DNA of 64,000 bases, from the NCBI GenBank assembly GCA_025603075.1, contig MU626342.1:24755-88754 (forward strand). The letters are read 5' to 3'. Origin of the DNA: Neoconidiobolus thromboides FSU 785. Taxonomy: Eukaryota > Fungi > Entomophthoromycota. Position numbers and translations under genes: made by a program. Within the stretch, counting starts at the first letter, position 1; the number at the start of each line of letters is the position of its first letter. Under the pieces are notes generated by a model. That model did not search any database. It saw only the letters and a program-made list of their open reading frames with translations, and was not told the DNA's origin. Of the stretch, positions 21,985 through 32,775 are shown piece by piece.

Positions 21985-24061
21985 ATTTTATCACATATTA
22001 CCACCATCCACAGAACACATTTCTTGATATACTTTCTTAGGATACCTCTCCATATTGATGATAGATAATATCTCTGTCAATGGATTGATCATCTTCTTCT
22101 GTATATAATACAGATAATTTATATCAGGTCTATTTCTATCATCGGATAGGAAGGCCTTCGTGCCCTACAACCTATCCTCAGACTTACATAAAGCATACTC
22201 AACCCTTTCGCCAGACGCTAAACGTACCTCTTCTTTAACATATACTGCATGTTGGTGTCAAGAGCATACTGGTCATTGATACTAGTGGAAACCAGAAGAT
22301 GATCTTTATTCACCTTCCGCTGGAACATCTTTACCATCCGATTCCTGACGTAAACCTTGATATGCTCCTTGGTCCTATCCTCCTTCATAAGCTCAAGCAC
22401 CGTCTCATAAGTATCCCTTCGCTTCATTTCCACGCCCTTATACGTCGCGCCATCGGTGTGGTAGGCAATGTACCGCTTCTTTGATAGTATAAATAGATTT
22501 GTGTATATGTTCTCGAACTTCAGCCTTATGGGATCAATGAACAGCATCGACACATCATCAGCAATCTTCTTTGTCTCCTCTTTTATATCATTCACGTCAT
22601 CCCTATCGGAGAAGTCAATGATGCATGAGTCTGTATCTCCATGGTCAACCTTCCTCCCCACCGTGTTTTCAATGTACTCAACAGCATCACCGATGCATCG
22701 GCACCCTATGGCAGTGGCACAGGAAACACCTTCCACAAAGTCCTTTGAAAGAAGCCCATAGATCGAGTTGGCGGCAATCTTGTAGCACCACTGCTTGGTA
22801 TGGTTTGAACGATACTTGTTCCTCGTGCGGATGAGATCCATAACCAGCTCTGGTACCACACCCTTAGATCCCTTTCTGAAGTACATCTTTCGCCCATCCA
22901 CATCGATACAGTGATATTCACTGACCTCACCTTCACGTATACTCTCCCTATAGGCTGTGTAGCATATGTTATAAGCTATCATGATGGATGGGTACAAGGA
23001 TGCAAAGTCAATGATAGAGTAGTTCTTATACACCCCCTTCCTTGGCTCAAGCACAAGACCTCCCTGGTACGGATCTTGTTTTCTCCCACGAGGCAGTTCA
23101 TAGACAAAGTCCTTCTCGTGGCACTTTGCATAGAGCAACGGTATAACCTTGTGTCTCTGTCCCCTGGTATGGACGTCCTGTATGGAGATGTTAAGCACCC
23201 TCGACATCTCAACCAGTGTTGTGATGATATCCAGCTTATCGATCAGCTTCTTCACAACCATCACATCCCTGATACAGTATTCTGTTATCCTGGCCATGTT
23301 GCCATCGCTCATATCAAACAAGCCCACATCCACCTTCCCCTCCCTAAGATAATGCTGTGATACATAATCAAGTGAGTATTTGGGGAGCTTGTATTCCTTC
23401 TTGATGAACTCCATCACATCCACATTCTGATACCCATCCAGGAGTACATGGCTATTGAATCCAATGGGGGCTGCGTGCACAGAAACTTCATCCTATCGTG
23501 AATGTATCTGTTATCAAAGCCTAACGTGTTATAACCTGATACCAGAATGGGTCTTGCTTTATCCATCTCACTGAATGAGAAAGCTATCAGTCTCCTTTCA
23601 TCCTTATCATTGAGCACAATGGGCTGGTGATCACCTTCGCCATCAAACGCGACTAACACAATCAGTGTGATTCGATCTTCGGCACAGGTCGGGACAGGCA
23701 TCCTCTTACGGTTCGATGAAAGCACCTCAATGTCATAAATTACCGTCGGCAAAACTGGTATCGAATCATCTTCTACCCTGTTTCCCTGCCCATCGACACT
23801 GCAGCAGAAGGTGATCTTTCTCTCCATAAGGAACTTCGTCACTGGATCGATGCTATCCTTCGACCTAGACGGGCTGTTCTCAACCATGCTATAAAAAAGA
23901 GATGGGTATGGGACACATAAAGACTTTCTATAGACCCTCTTTGACCCTTGGTGAAACTCTCTTTTATACTCTATGTTATTATAGGTGAGTGATAATGTGT
24001 GACTATTTAAACCCTGCATATAATCACCCCATTCTTATACTCCCAGTTATAAACAAACATC
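21985..24061 (-). pseudogene. polB: Family B DNA polymerase, RNA-primed (delta/NCLDV) type, compact, 2-3 breaks
   Basis: Exonuclease YDIE, GYNTLGFD, YCIRD; polymerase GGLVLEP, DFASLYPSIM, KIAANSIYG, HGDTDS, KKRY; C-terminal DINYLYYIQKKMINPL below 22200. Ends approximate. Confidence 0.9.
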
Positions 24062-24092
24062 TATCTGATGCTATCACACCTTGAATTCCCTT

Positions 24093-24464
24093 CTATAAGA
24101 TAAAACTATTAAGTTCGGTGATATTAATCAAGTTTAACACTTCACTGGGCACGTAGAAAATATTGTTCTGTATACCGTAATAATCACTGAATCCTTCTTG
24201 AGATAACCCCCTTGCTGGTATCTTCCTTATATTCCTATTCATCGCCGCTCTATCACCATAGATGACCGTAATATCATACTTTCTCCTTTTGGTTTCCACA
24301 AGGATGTCATGAACATGATACACATCTATTTCATCATCGGCCGTGTGAGGGGGCTTAATCCTACACTCGAACTTCGATAGAGCGTTCTCTTCACTAACCA
24401 AGATACCGTCCACCTTAACAACCATCCAGTACATCTTATCGTAACCAATGATATAATGATTCAT
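24093..24464 (-). CDS. Viral hypothetical protein, 123 aa
   Basis: Intact ORF in a co-oriented gene run. Confidence 0.6.
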   Translation of the reverse strand: MNHYIIGYDKMYWMVVKVDGILVSEENALSKFECRIKPPHTADDEIDVYHVHDILVETKRRKYDITVIYGDRAAMNRNIRKIPARGLSQEGFSDYYGIQNNIFYVPSEVLNLINITELNSFIL

Positions 24465-24482
24465 GCAATCATTCGCGTCATT

Positions 24483-25535
24483 CTAGGATGGATAGATGCA
24501 AACGTTGTTGTGATCAAGTACATTGACATTGACCCCCTTCATATGCTCATAAATATCCCTATACTTGATCAAATCATATCTTACATTGCGATTGATGACA
24601 TTATACCTTACAATAGTTTTAATCACTTTATCATTCCTGAAGAACTTGACCTTGGATCCCTCCTCCACAATGTCGTGGATGTAGTTGTACGTCGATGTTC
24701 CCTTAATGATGCTATGATCCTTTTCATAGCATGTTGGTATATATGGGTATTGGTGCATATTAGGTAAAGTGTTTAGTTTCATCCCTATAAACATTTTCGG
24801 ATTGTTGCATATGAACTTCCTTCCCACGTATGCAATGCCCTTGACCCGCACACCCACCCCTTGCGTGTAATACAACTGCTTATCTGATAGAATCTCAAAG
24901 TGGCTTACTGGCCTCTCAGTAACATCTCTGACCGCGCGTATGTATCCAACGTTGCGTGAATAGTTATTCACGAACAGATCATCCTTGATTGACATTGTCT
25001 CCATGATATAGTCCTTTGCCTTCTCCACCGAATACTTGTTCTTCACCTCCACCTTCACATAGGATCTATAATACTCAAGAACCCGTATGCCTGTGCTCCA
25101 ATTGGTGAAGTGGATCTTGGAGTTCGTCTTTACATCCAAAACATAAGTCTCATACGTCTCCGCCTTAGACAGACATTCAATACGAATCTTATGTTGGTTG
25201 TATTCTTGATAAGCATGGCTGTTCTGTACAACTATCTTGTTGGAAAACATTTCATTATCCACCACTCGCGTACTTAAATCATAACTAATGATGCATAATG
25301 CGTCCTTTGGTATTTTATCCGGTATCAGGGGATGTATGATGTTCCATACATTCTCATCTCTGATACTAAACTTGGAACTTATCTTAGCATCATAGTTTAT
25401 GAGAACATAATAACCCATCTCTTTCTTGTTAATAAGCCCTATGGTATCATATAGGGTGTATATGTTTAGTTCCTTATGGTTATAATAGACTCTATTATAG
25501 CAACGTATAAAGTCGCGGAAGTAATCTTTGAGCAT
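24483..25535 (-). CDS. Probable A7-like early transcription factor large subunit (VETF-L), strongly shortened
   Basis: NNYSR and FICNNPKMFIGMKLNTLPNMHQYPYIPTCYEKDH recall the NCLDV VETF-L motif (C...G...N.l.N...yP.iPCCy..dq). Confidence 0.5.
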   Translation of the reverse strand: MLKDYFRDFIRCYNRVYYNHKELNIYTLYDTIGLINKKEMGYYVLINYDAKISSKFSIRDENVWNIIHPLIPDKIPKDALCIISYDLSTRVVDNEMFSNKIVVQNSHAYQEYNQHKIRIECLSKAETYETYVLDVKTNSKIHFTNWSTGIRVLEYYRSYVKVEVKNKYSVEKAKDYIMETMSIKDDLFVNNYSRNVGYIRAVRDVTERPVSHFEILSDKQLYYTQGVGVRVKGIAYVGRKFICNNPKMFIGMKLNTLPNMHQYPYIPTCYEKDHSIIKGTSTYNYIHDIVEEGSKVKFFRNDKVIKTIVRYNVINRNVRYDLIKYRDIYEHMKGVNVNVLDHNNVCIYPS

Positions 25536-25563
25536 GATATATTATTCGCCTTATTTATCTTAT

Positions 25564-25574
25564 ATCTTCAATTA
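25564..25574 (-). promoter_or_regulatory. Putative viral promoter motif TAATTGAAGAT upstream of ORF 24483..25535
   Basis: 28 nt before the ATG at 25535. Confidence 0.6.
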
Positions 25575-25607
25575 CAGAGGGATAGGACCCATCGTTGCAT
25601 TTGTTTT

Positions 25608-26294
25608 TTATGCTTCTCTTTTCTTCAGAGTCATAAAGCTTGACTCTGGCTGCCCTGTTATCCGAGCCACTTCATTCAAAGTCACAAACCTTAGGTTCTC
25701 ATAGAAGCACAAATACCCATCAACCATCGTTCTCATATCAAGCCTTTCTATATCATACCAATACGGTTCAACCTTCTCAATGATATCATCGACATCGATA
25801 TTGTGTATATTGTATTTCCGCGAGCTTACCTCACGTATCAGCTTTATACCATTCAAGTTCATCCTCAGGCAATTATTGTAGAAGTCAACCACTTCATCCA
25901 TATGCCTGTAGCTTCTTGTTGTATACGCCTTCCCCGATAGTTTGTTATAACACCCTATCGCCTTCTTTTTATTAATGCTTGTTTCTGTGGGAATGTGTTT
26001 TCCACAATACTTCGACCCTTGCTTATATCTGAATGAACATCTCTTTCCCTTATTCAGTCCATAGACCAATGTAGCTTTGCATGTATGTTGTACATCCACC
26101 TGTGTCTTCTCTACCTCAATCTCCTTCTCATATAGCTGAATGTCCTTCTGCTCTATCTCCGCTTGCATCTCCTTTAGGTTCCTCGATAGCCTCTGATTGG
26201 CTTCCATAAGATCCTGTTTCTCCATAACCAGGTCACTTATCTCCTTTGTCCTGTCCTCCATCTCTTTAATATCACACCCACTACTTCCATTCAC
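25608..26294 (-). CDS. Coiled-coil protein with a C-C-C-H finger typical of large DNA virus proteins (DUF5763-like)
   Basis: N-terminal heptads; CKATLVYGLNKGKRCSFRYKQGSKYCGKH. Confidence 0.55.
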   Translation of the reverse strand: MNGSSGCDIKEMEDRTKEISDLVMEKQDLMEANQRLSRNLKEMQAEIEQKDIQLYEKEIEVEKTQVDVQHTCKATLVYGLNKGKRCSFRYKQGSKYCGKHIPTETSINKKKAIGCYNKLSGKAYTTRSYRHMDEVVDFYNNCLRMNLNGIKLIREVSSRKYNIHNIDVDDIIEKVEPYWYDIERLDMRTMVDGYLCFYENLRFVTLNEVARITGQPESSFMTLKKREA

Positions 26295-26329
26295 ACTCTT
26301 TATATCCTTTATCTTATCTATTCCAATCT

Positions 26330-26888
26330 ATTTATTGAGAATGGCAAATGTAACGCAGTTAAGACATTTCTCTGTATTACTATTCTGACTCCATGTCCTG
26401 AATGTATTTGTGAGTATATCAAAGTTACCAGTGTATTTGGTCAGTGCTTCGAACACAGGCCTGGGTATATATTTGTCTTCACAGCTCTCTATGGCAATAT
26501 CATCATATCTGAATCTGATGCCTGGCGCTAGATCAAGGATGTCCTATATCGCTTCTTCCGCAGTAGTTTCATCCAACACTCGGCTGTTACTCACAATGAT
26601 GTCAATTATTCTCTTTAGTAAAGTTTCATATGACCTGTATTCGGATAGATCAATACGATCAAACCTATTCTAAGAGACCTTGAGGTTTGATGGTGGCTTG
26701 AAAAGGTCTTTATAGAAACGCATTGCCATGGGAAAGGCCTTCTCATGCCTGATACCAAATGGAACTCTCTCGTATCTCATGATGGATCTCTTACCCTTCT
26801 GTTCATTCCGTGCTTTCATATATTCTTCTCCAAGGCTACCACAACAGAACGAAACCTCATCATCGTAATAGCTATATTCCTTATACAT
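26330..26888 (-). pseudogene. Viral hypothetical protein, interrupted after codon 72
   Basis: ORF 26670..26888 is followed by an open coding-like frame to ~26330 (NRFDRIDLSEYRSYETLLKRIIDII...). Confidence 0.45.
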
Positions 26889-26899
26889 TTTGTTTATCT

Positions 26900-27760
26900 T
26901 TTTTAATTATCATAGGATGAGGCGCTTAGGAATAACCCCTCACTGATAGTAAAATCATCGCTAATCCAGACATCATCATACTTAATCTTATCACCAGATT
27001 CAAACATCAACTATACAAGAGGTCTCATAACCTTCTTGAACCCAAGCAGAATAAAAGGCGTGATGCAATTATCCTTATAACATAAGCTCCAAAAATGTGT
27101 GTACATGTCTTTGAGAATAATGATGGTTGTCTCCTGAAACATCTTCTGATCGGGTGATCTCCATCAGCTGTAACTCTGCTAAACTATATACAGTATCTCT
27201 GCTAAACTATATACAGTATCTCTGCTATCCACATCCCAAGTCTCACTTATACTGTAAGAAATAGTATCCGCATCTTTGGTCGCATTATCTCCTTCCCTTA
27301 TATTTTTGAGGATTCTCTGGGAACTATAACAATACCCATAGGGAAGTGTAACACACCGATCGATGCATCATGGCATCCTTCTATACTCTGTATATAATAA
27401 TCCTTATCAAGCATATTTTGGCTACATGTTATTTCTGGATATTCGGATACTTCATTATTGATGATATTATATGAAATATTCAACCTCTTTAAAGATATGA
27501 CAATGTCTATCACTGATATTCTTCTTTTATACATTTCTCCTTTATCCATATAATGTAAATAACTATCTTTATCCACCAACCTTACTGCATGTACTAAATC
27601 TTTTATAACAGTTTATATATGTTTATGTGAACGCTTATATCTAACTTTGATGTTAGCTTCGTAGAACGACAGTAGTAACTTTATTCTAGGTATACCATTG
27701 TCTATCGAATCATTGGATTCTCCGACATTATGAAATGAAGACTACTAACTTAATAAAACC
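26900..27760 (-). pseudogene. Fragmented viral hypothetical ORF(s) at the right end of the element
   Basis: ORF 27298..27579 plus neighbouring coding-like fragments; 23-bp tandem duplication at 27174-27227. Confidence 0.4.
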
Positions 27761-28228
27761 ATCATAAACTAACTAATATTGATCTACTTTTTGACCTAGT
27801 TTTTACCGTCTAAACATTACTCTAACTTAAACTAAATTTTGTATCAATATACTAACATAATAGCTACCCTATTATAGTGTACCAATTTAATTTAAATCGA
27901 TAACTTTTAAAATTCATGTTTCAATGGTATAAAAAATCATACTCACTTTTTTAAACGTAGCATTTAACAAAGCCTTTTAGATATTATAGTATTGTTTGTT
28001 TTATAAAAAACCAAGCATTTATAAAATAAGGGTTAAATTTTTTAACTATTATAGTTCAATAATTTTAATAGCCTTTGTTTTTTTTTAAATATGAGAAAAT
28101 ATAGTTGATGAAATAAATTATTACATTTTATAAGGATTAGAAATTTTCAATCGTGCTGTTTAAATCTATTATAGTATTAAAACATTATAAAATAAATAAA
28201 ACTAATAAGATGTAAATTATCACTATAT

Positions 28229-28327
28229 GGGGATGTATTTTTGTGTTTAAGAGCTTTACTAATCATTTTTCCACTCAAATAGCACTTAAAGGATGGAAAA
28301 AGTAATGAAGCCAAAAAAGACATCCCC
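28229..28327 (+). mobile_element. MITE copy, TSD ATAT
   Basis: GGGGATG...CATCCCC with ATAT on both sides. Confidence 0.9.
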
Positions 28328-29471
28328 ATATGGTTTATTCTAGTTATTTTTATTTGATGCTTACAATTTTATTTCTATTATTTTATATTTAACAAACTGT
28401 AAAAAATAAAATTTTATTTTTACTCTTTTTGTTAAAGAATTATTTTATTAGGAACAAGATTAGATCCAATGAAGGAACAAGAATATCAAACCACCAGAAG
28501 GAAATCGTATAAGAGGAACACCTAATAAAGCGACTAAAGGTAATGGAGACAAATAGTAAATTAAAAAGAGGAAATGTATATGATTTTATATAAACTGGAA
28601 GTGAATTCCTTTAGTGACACTCGGAATTCAAGTCCATGGGAAAGTTTTTGACTTTATTTCTGTGAAGTTTCTGAGCTATGTGAAAGTCTCTTCCATTTAA
28701 AAAATACTTTATTTTTATTTAGTAATTATAATCAACCTTAATTTACTTTGTTTGGACTTTTTTCAATAAAAGTTATTTTTAAAATAAAAGAAATTTTTAT
28801 ATACTTTCCCTTGCATTGATTGTTTAAATAAAATATAAAAAAGGTGGAGTTGAATTACCATTGTACCTTAGCTGGATAATTAACTTCATTTTTTAAAAAT
28901 AGTTAATCCCTTAAAAAATATTGTCATTATTTAAGTTTATGAATATCCATTTCAATGAAATTCATATGAAATCCAAATATTTTATAGTACTATAATACCC
29001 CAACTACTCCCTGTTTCATTCTACTATTGTATAAGTGAAAGGAGATATTATAATAAGTTTATTTGACACTAAAGAAAAATGATGAAATTTACGCCACATA
29101 AAATTAAGTGATATAATATTGTATCATTTCTTTAATAAAGTAAGATTTGATAATTTTATTATTTTATCTATGATAAAATTTAAAATATTAAAATTAAGAC
29201 TATCTGTGATCTGTGTCATTAAAGCCGTAATTAAATAGTTATTTAACATCTTCAAAAATATTATTTTAATTTAACAAAAAACATATACTTTGCCAATAGG
29301 GGGCGCGCTCAAGGTTGAAAAAAAATATCGAAAATAATGATTAAACTAAAGATTTTAATTTTTTTACAATTATAATGGAGAAGGAGAAACGAAATAACGG
29401 CATTTATAATTAAAAGCAGGTCTTAAATAGATGATGAAAATAATACAATTCCATTCAGATATTAATTGATA

Positions 29472-30389
29472 TTAATTCTGTTTAGAAGCTAACTGGGATA
29501 GCTTGAGATCCTTGATTTTCTGTAGTTCAATAACTTCTTCTTTTAATCCTTCAATGTAATCAGCTGCTCTTTTTAAGAGTACCGCTTTACTACAACTTCC
29601 GCCACCACATTTAAGTACTAACTCTTCAAGTTCTGAAAAACACTTACGAATTAAATCACGTCTCTTTTGCTCAGAAGCAATATGGTTGGCTCTCCTCATC
29701 TCATCTTTCAAAGGTGGTAATGCTTTATTGTTTGAGCGTGAGTTTTTTGAGGCCTTAGTGGATTGTGGTAAAATGGTTTGCTTATTCACTTCATTTTGCA
29801 TTAAAACGGGGGTCACTGAAGAACTGTTAGTTGGATAAACTGGGTGACTTATATCATTGTTAGTTGAAGAGCTATGCTGTTCAAAGTAAGGTGAATTTTT
29901 ATTATTGTTGGAAAAATAATTTGATTGAGAACCAACATGATTATTCATTTGACGATTTCTTTGGTGATATGGGGAAAAAGTAGCAGTAGACTCATGATAT
30001 GGTGTGGAGATTGGATTAAATGAATAGTTTGCTCCTGTAGGTTTATTTAAAGTATCCGGATAAACCTGATTCTGAGTCCAAGAGTTTAATAAGTTAGAGA
30101 GATCCAAGTTTGGAAATAAATCGTTTTTTTCTTCAACCAAGTTATCAAAAAACCCGGATAGAAATTGTTGTTCAGATGGATCGAAAAGTGAAATAGGAAA
30201 ATCAAGTGGGGGTGGTTCAAGTTGTGTCTTAGGTGGCTCAATATCTAATAAGTGTCAACTACTTGTAAATTAATTAAATAAAGTATATTTACTTGATCCG
30301 CCGAACCAATTCGAACAATGAGCTTTTGGGTCTACTAAACCGTCCCTTTGATTATTCACTGTTGAAAAAGAGTTGTATCGATTCATCAT
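29472..30389 (-). CDS. bHLH(-ZIP) transcription factor, INO4/Mlx-like, 2 exons
   Basis: RRANHIASEQKRRDLIR...SKAVLLKRAADYI; intron 30245-30292 keeps the frame from ATG 30389. Confidence 0.85.
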
Positions 30390-32449
30390 AACTAATTTTT
30401 AGAAATAAAACAATTTAAAAAGTAAAGAATGAATTAAGTAATGTTGAAACGTATTTAAATTTTAAGAAATGGGCAATTAAAAGTTTTAGGGGGGAAATGA
30501 TATGGAGATTTTAAATAAACTCAAGGGATTATGTTTTTTATTTGCTCTTATTGTGCTTATTTCGACCAATAAAATACGGTTTCTATTACAGTTTAAAATC
30601 ATTTTTAATTGGATATAAGATGAGATATAAGGGCGAATAGATTGGATAGTTTCATAAGATCAAAGCATGTGATTTTTACTAAACATAGTAAAATGGCACT
30701 TAAGATTTGAATCAACTTGAGATTTAATTAAAATCAATCAACGTCAATAACAACTTGATGAATAATATTCATAACAATATTTGCGGAATTTATAAGGTGG
30801 TAAATATTGAGTAAAATCATTGGCTAGGTTCTACGAAATTTGTAGTATTTTGTAAAATGATTGGCAGAACTTTTGATTAAAGAAGCAAAATGTATTGAAC
30901 CTAGTCACCTGTACAACTTAAATGTCAAATGTTTAGAATTTTAAAGAGTGATGACTTTCTAAAGTTTTCTAAAGAATGTCAGTTAAAACATCATATAAAA
31001 AAGCCAACTTTAAGCAAGTTTTTGTTGTATAAACATTATAATATATTATATTATTAAATAATAGAATATTTTGTACTATAAATCTTACATTTTATACTTT
31101 ATAAATCAATAAAGTAAATATAGTATAACATAGTATAATATAACATAATAGAAAATAGTATTTAAAATGGTAATTTATATTCTTTGACTTTCAAATGTTT
31201 CTCATGCTTATGCTAAGAATATTTTGTAATTCGAATCAATTAAATGCTACTTTTATGTAACTAATTGAAAATCAAAGTTTTTGTTTTAGTTTAGTTTAAT
31301 AAGCTAGAAATATAGACAAATAATGTAATATATAAAATATAATTTATTTTAAAATCAAGTACTTATAAACTTCATAGAGATTATGTATATAAGATAATAT
31401 GTTGTTTTAAATTTGCACAACAAGATTATCCTTAAAATTATAAAATATTCATTTAGACATTTGATTCAATTCAATAATATTACTGAATTCATCAAACCAT
31501 AAAAGCGAATATTTATTATTCAAAGTATTCAATATATATTGTAACTCAATTTTGAATAACGCGATGACAAGCTTGTTGTTATTGAGTTATTTTTATTATC
31601 TAACTTTGATATTATAAAGAGATGTCAATTTCTAACTTTTTTTGAGTTTTGTGAATTTAGGTTTTAATTTAAAATAAAAATCTTGAACCCTTTTTCAGAT
31701 CAATTTTTATTTACTTGACGTGTTAAAATAGACTATTTAATCAAGACTTTATAGCTTTTAGTATCATAATCTAACAATTTATAAAGTTAATAGTTTAGCT
31801 TATTTTATTATCTTTAATATTATAGTTCTCATTTGGTACATTCGATTTTTTTGAAAAAAAGCCTAATGACAATTTAGATTCACTTAGTTTTTTAATAGAT
31901 TAAATGTAAGTTCATTTAGTAATTTAAATTGATGCAATCCACATCTAAATGAAATCTCATTTGCAAATTCCAAAAAGAGAGAAAAAATGTTTTTGTTTGA
32001 AAATTTAACTTTATTATTTTTAATTTAAGCTATATAAACAATATACTAATGTGAAGAAATTCTAATTTGCTAAATTTTTTATGTGTTTGAATATGATTAG
32101 TTCAGTAATTTAATAAGATGTAATAATAATCATCTAAATCTCAAGTTAGTTAAATAGATTTATTTGAAGCTGTAAATAAGATAATAACTGCAAAACCAAG
32201 CTATCAATTAGCAAAAAATTAAAACTTATTAAACTAGTTTTATTTTATTTATTTATTTATTTTGTTTATTTGTTCATTTGCTTTATTAATTGATTTTTTT
32301 AGTAAATATATTACAAGCTTTAGATATTAATTTTAGAATATTTATTAACATTTAAATGAATTTATTAGACAAATTAACTTATGACTCCTGTGATTGACAA
32401 TCACTTAATTTTTAAACCTAAAAATTGAACAATTATCTAAATCAAATAT

Positions 32450-32546
32450 GGGGATGTATTTTTGTGTTTTAAGAATTTTACTATTAGTTTTCCCATTCAA
32501 ATAGCGCTTAAAAGAGAAAAAGTAATGAAACCAAAAAAACATCCCC
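32450..32546 (+). mobile_element. MITE copy, TSD ATAT
   Basis: GGGGATG...CATCCCC with ATAT on both sides. Confidence 0.9.
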
Positions 32547-32775
32547 ATATTCTTTTCAACCAACATTTCACTTAACTCATTTTCTCATCAAATCAATTAT
32601 AAACTAATTGCTTAGCTATCAGCATAAATAAACTATTCAATTTGAAACTAAGAATAAATGTGATAATTTACTAAAAATAACACTATCTAATTTAATCATT
32701 TTGGCTGGAATTCACTCTAAATTTCTCTAATTTCTCTTTTCAATTGTACCATTTTTACCTCTCAATTAACTCGAA

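Larger units (their letters stand above)
8871..27770. mobile_element. Endogenous Nucleocytoviricota-like element (~17 kb after removing the nested transposon), pseudogenised; boundaries approximate
   Basis: Intron-free, tightly packed ORFs, visibly higher GC than the flanks. RPB1, RPB2, D6/D11 helicase, capping enzyme, D5 helicase and PolB motifs; many stops and frameshifts. Confidence 0.9.

Noticed and set aside
20607-23360. Antisense ORFs of up to 188 aa over D5 and PolB
   Set aside because: Opposite-strand shadows in higher-GC coding DNA; no recognisable motifs.
8871-27770. Classification as a yeast-type linear plasmid, Polinton or baculo/nudivirus insert
   Set aside because: PolB is not protein-primed, a D5 helicase is present, no integrase or capsid is seen, and the RNAP motifs are RPB1/RPB2-like rather than LEF-8/LEF-9-like.
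8871-27770. Contaminant or chimeric join with a live virus
   Set aside because: The genes are pseudogenised and interrupted by a transposon whose ends recur in host DNA; long-read confirmation is still advisable.
8785-27782. Possible terminal inverted repeat of the viral element (AATATTAGTT near 8788 / AACTAATATT near 27770)
   Set aside because: Only ~10 bp of all-AT-rich match; expected by chance.
28440-28700. Purine-rich, coding-like stretch right of the viral block
   Set aside because: Multiple stops in all frames and no motif I can assign.
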